Source: Paramoeba atlantica (Eukaryota > Protista > Discosea). From it: 11,634 nucleotides of DNA. A program made the position numbers and the translations under genes. Position 1 is the stretch's first letter; every line of letters starts with the position of its first letter. The stretch is from the NCBI GenBank assembly GCA_977017575.1, contig CDRNVI010000243.1, forward strand, positions 1 through 11,634, written 5' to 3'. The notes below the pieces were generated by a model. That model had not been told where the DNA came from. It saw only the letters and a program-made list of their open reading frames with translations, and did no database searches. Below are positions 8,801-11,634 of this stretch, one piece after another.

Positions 8801-11634
8801 TATTATTAAGTATTGTTTTTTTCTTTTCTTTTCTTTTTTTCATTTTGTTTTTTTTCTAATTTATTGTTTTTTTTTAAATTTTTAGTGACAATGATGATGT
8901 AATTTTTTTTGAACCAAAAAAGATGGATGATGGCGATGGTGATGGTGATGGTGATGGTGATGATCATTCTATTCGGTCTTTGTCTGAAGAAGAGGAAGAA
9001 AAGTCACACCACTACCACTGTGTAACTTCTTTTTTTGGAGAAAAAGAAGAAGAAGAAGGGACAATTGAAGAAGTAAAAGAGGAAGGGGAAGAAGAAGAAG
9101 AAAGTAAAGAAGAAGAAGAATACTTTCCTTCTTCAAAGCAGTCTTTTGGTGGTAATGGTGATGGTGATGGTGATGGTGATGGTGATGGTGATGGTGATGG
9201 TGATGGTGATGGTGATGGTGAATGTGATGGTAAATCCATTCTGGATTTACCTCAACTGCCAATATGGGTGGATGGATTGGTAGATTTAGATTTTTACACC
9301 TTTTGGCTGCCTGTCTCTGAGCTTCCTTTATTTGTTGGAGGGCCATCAACTCTTTTGATACCTGATTCTTTTTCGTGTTCTCTCCCTGAAGATCCTCTTT
9401 TATTTCGTTATCCCTTCGTGAATATCCTCTCTATTCAACCAGTTTTTCTTTGGTTTCCTGATACTGAACAATCTTTTCCAAAACGGACAGCTTTTGTTCA
9501 CTTTTTGAATATTTACGGAGTCCTTTCAGTCGACCTTCAACCTGGATTTGATGAAGAAGGAGATGGTGAAGATGTCTCCTCTTCTTCTTTTTCCTCGAAA
9601 AAATCTTCTCCTCCTCCAAAATCTTCTCCTCGAAAGTGTGTGATCCGGAAAACACAAAATTTTTCGATTTCATTGATTGTGAAAGCCTTACAGTTATGTG
9701 ATGTCTCTCATATTCGAGTGGGAAGTTACGGTGGAAAACATACTTTTTGGAGTGATGATGATGCTGATGATCCTCCTATTGTTGATCAGGAGTGGTCAGA
9801 CCACTGTGAAAAAACACAACAATTCGCTGACTTATTTTCTTTTTTAAGAAAATTTTCTTTTTGTGATACCACACTTCTCTCTGATCAGAGTGTATCATCC
9901 TCTCCTTCAAAGATTTTTGTTGGACCACAACAACAACAACAAATTTCTTCTCGTTCGAATACTTTGGATCCAAATGCTCAGCAACATCAGCAGCAGCAGC
10001 AGCAACAGTCTCCCTCCTCCTCCTCCTCTGCCTTAAGTCGTTCTTTTTTTTCTTGTTCTTCTTATTCTTGTTCTTCTCGTTTGCCTCAACAGCAGCAGCA
10101 GCAGTCACATTGTTCAAACTCTTCTTCTCATTCTTCTCATTCTTCTCCCTTCTCCTCCTCCTTCTCGAATTCCCCTCCCCCACCACCTCCTGGTTCCTTA
10201 CAAGATAGAGAAAATATCTCTTTTTCATCATCATCTCAAGAATTGAGACATTGTTGTTGTTTTGACTTTTCAACAACAATTCCAATGAAAGAGATTATTC
10301 TCTTTTCTCCAAAACTTATCTCTTCTTCTTTTTTCCCCCAAAAAACTTCCTCCTCCTCCTCTGGCTTGTCTTCCTCATCTTCTCTCTCTCTTTCTTCTTC
10401 TTCTTCTTCCTCCTCCTCTTTTTCAACAGCAAACCCAAACCTTGGTGCGACAGTGGTTGTTCCTCCTCCCCCCCCAATTCCAATTGTAAACTTTTTTCCA
10501 TTATTTCGGTTTTTTGGATCCTTTGGGATTTTTTCTTCATTCCAAACTTCTTCTTTCTTCTCTGACTCAAAGAAGAGGATAGTGAGGAAGAGAAGAAGAA
10601 GTGAGAAGAAGGATAATGACAATAAGTATGATGAAGAGGAACAAGAAGAAGAAGAAGAAGCTCCTCCTCTTGTTGGGGGAGGAGAAGGGAGAGAAGGTGA
10701 AGGAGGAGAAAAAGGTGATGTTGGCAGTGGTACAACTAAAGGATTTCTTTTTTTCAAAGAAATTCTCAAAGAGGAGTGTCCAATTGGAACTTTGACCTTT
10801 GGGTCTCGAATGAAACCATTTCTTTTGTTGGGTGAGAAATGGGCAATGGTGAAGATTTATTCACCAATTCTCCATTTTTTGACCAATTTCTCGAAAATTC
10901 GGTGGAGTGAAATGCCAAAGACAGTTGGAGCACTGCGCCAACGGGAAAAATCTTTTCAGAAATTACTCTTTAAATTTGAAAAGATTGTTAATGGTAGGAG
11001 GAGAGGAGGGGAGGGCGGAGGTGGTGATGGTGATGGTTGTCTAGGTGGGGTACGGATTGAAATTCGAATTTTTGGTGTGAGTTTTAATGAAAGTTTGTCT
11101 TTTATTAAAAGAAATCAATTATTAAAACTACAAAGTCTTTTTGAGGCACTTTCTCTTCGACCACCTTCTCCTTCTTCTTCTTCTTCTCTTCAGATGATTG
11201 ACTTTATTCGTAATCATGATCAAATCTTTTGTATCCCGCAAAAGATTTATATTCAGCATTTGCGAGATCTTCTCTTTCTTTCTCATTGGGCCCCAACACA
11301 AGAATTTAATTTTGGAGGACTTTTTTTTGGGCGAGATACAAAACCTTTGTCCACGGATCAACAAGCTCTTTACCGAGATTTGATTAACAGTTTTGGATAC
11401 TGTCACAAATTTTTGGGAGGCCAACTGACTCGTATGAAAAGAAGTGGGAAAGGATTTGGAAGTAGCTCTCTTCCACTTTGGATTGGTGGAGAGGAGGAAT
11501 TTGTTGGATTTAAGAAGGAGTTTTTTGAACCTTTTTTTTCATCACAACAGCTCCAACAGATGAAAAAAAAAGGTGATGGTGGTGATGATGGGTGTGGTGA
11601 TGGGTGTGGTGATGGGTGTAGTGATAATGGTGAC
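5823..11634 (+). CDS. Gene B: large spliced gene (>=1674 codons, 3' end outside the window) with N-terminal 24-aa repeats; interrupted by two TGA codons, so possibly a pseudogene
   Basis: Exons: 5823-5838 (ATG TTG AAC TAT CAA G), 5939-7267, 7349-7718, 7907-8170, 8301-8488, 8640-8745, 8886->11634. All introns are GT-AG with matching phases (1,1,2,2,1,2). In-frame TGA at 6082-6084 and 6883-6885. The short first exon is the least certain part. Confidence 0.7.
5998..6920 (+). repeat. Coding minisatellite: 11 tandem 72-bp units plus a displaced partial 12th unit; peptide unit GATH(R/Q/*)KRSLS(G/S)NSNVAASAPVAAP
   Basis: Unit starts at 5998, 6070, 6142, 6214, 6286, 6358, 6430, 6502, 6574, 6646 and 6718 (exact 72-bp period), then 6871 after an Ala/Val/Pro-rich spacer. 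Confidence 0.97.
7507..7590. repeat. (CCTTCT)n hexamer repeat encoding an (SP)n tract in gene B
   Basis: Near-perfect 6-bp repeat in exon 7349-7718. Confidence 0.93.
7740..7770. repeat. (ATTG)n tetranucleotide repeat in an intron
   Basis: Imperfect GATT run inside predicted intron 7719-7906. Confidence 0.8.
8886..11634 (+). CDS. Long open terminal exon of gene B (~916 codons): globular segments separated by GD, E, Q and S tracts; unknown function
   Basis: Frame +1 is stop-free from 8887 to the window end, following acceptor tttAG at 8884-8885. Complex segments include ILDLPQLPIWVDGLVDLDFYTFWLP, GTLTFGSRMKPFLLLGEKWAMVKIYSPILH, GGVRIEIRIFG and LYRDLINSFGYCHKFLGG. Not in the ORF track. Confidence 0.85.
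9157..9219. repeat. (GGTGAT)n hexamer repeat encoding a (GD)n tract; a shorter copy lies at ~8938-8961
   Basis: Perfect 6-bp repeat, in frame within the terminal exon of gene B. Confidence 0.93.

Noticed and set aside
8969-11424. Minus-strand ORFs over the gene B terminal exon (poly-His, SP-repeat, Lys/Arg-rich)
   Set aside because: Antisense readings of GGTGAT, TCT and GAA repeats within a 916-codon plus-strand frame.

Overview
AT-rich, microsatellite-dense DNA from a microbial eukaryote. The style resembles amoebozoan genomes, but that is inference. Most ORFs in the supplied track are antisense or low-complexity artefacts. Manual splicing gives two long, divergently transcribed multi-exon genes sharing a ~630 bp intergenic region; all 13 predicted GT-AG introns preserve reading phase. 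Gene A (minus strand, 5189->506, 8 exons, ~935 aa) carries a ParB/Sulfiredoxin-like motif set (NxR..LxxSLxxxGW..IDGRHR) and possibly a degenerate beta-class DNA N6A/N4C methyltransferase region. Its frame continues for at least 168 more codons past a single TGA to the window edge. Gene B (plus strand, 5823->beyond 11634, 7 exons, >=1674 codons) begins with an array of 72-bp coding repeats and ends in a 2.7 kb open exon with motifs loosely echoing Rep_trans rolling-circle initiators. Repeat variation is dominated by CpG->TpG/CpA changes, two of which create in-frame TGA codons. The three internal stops in the window are all TGA, so CpG-driven decay, readthrough and codon reassignment all remain possible. 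No RNA genes, CRISPR arrays or recognisable transposon ends were seen.
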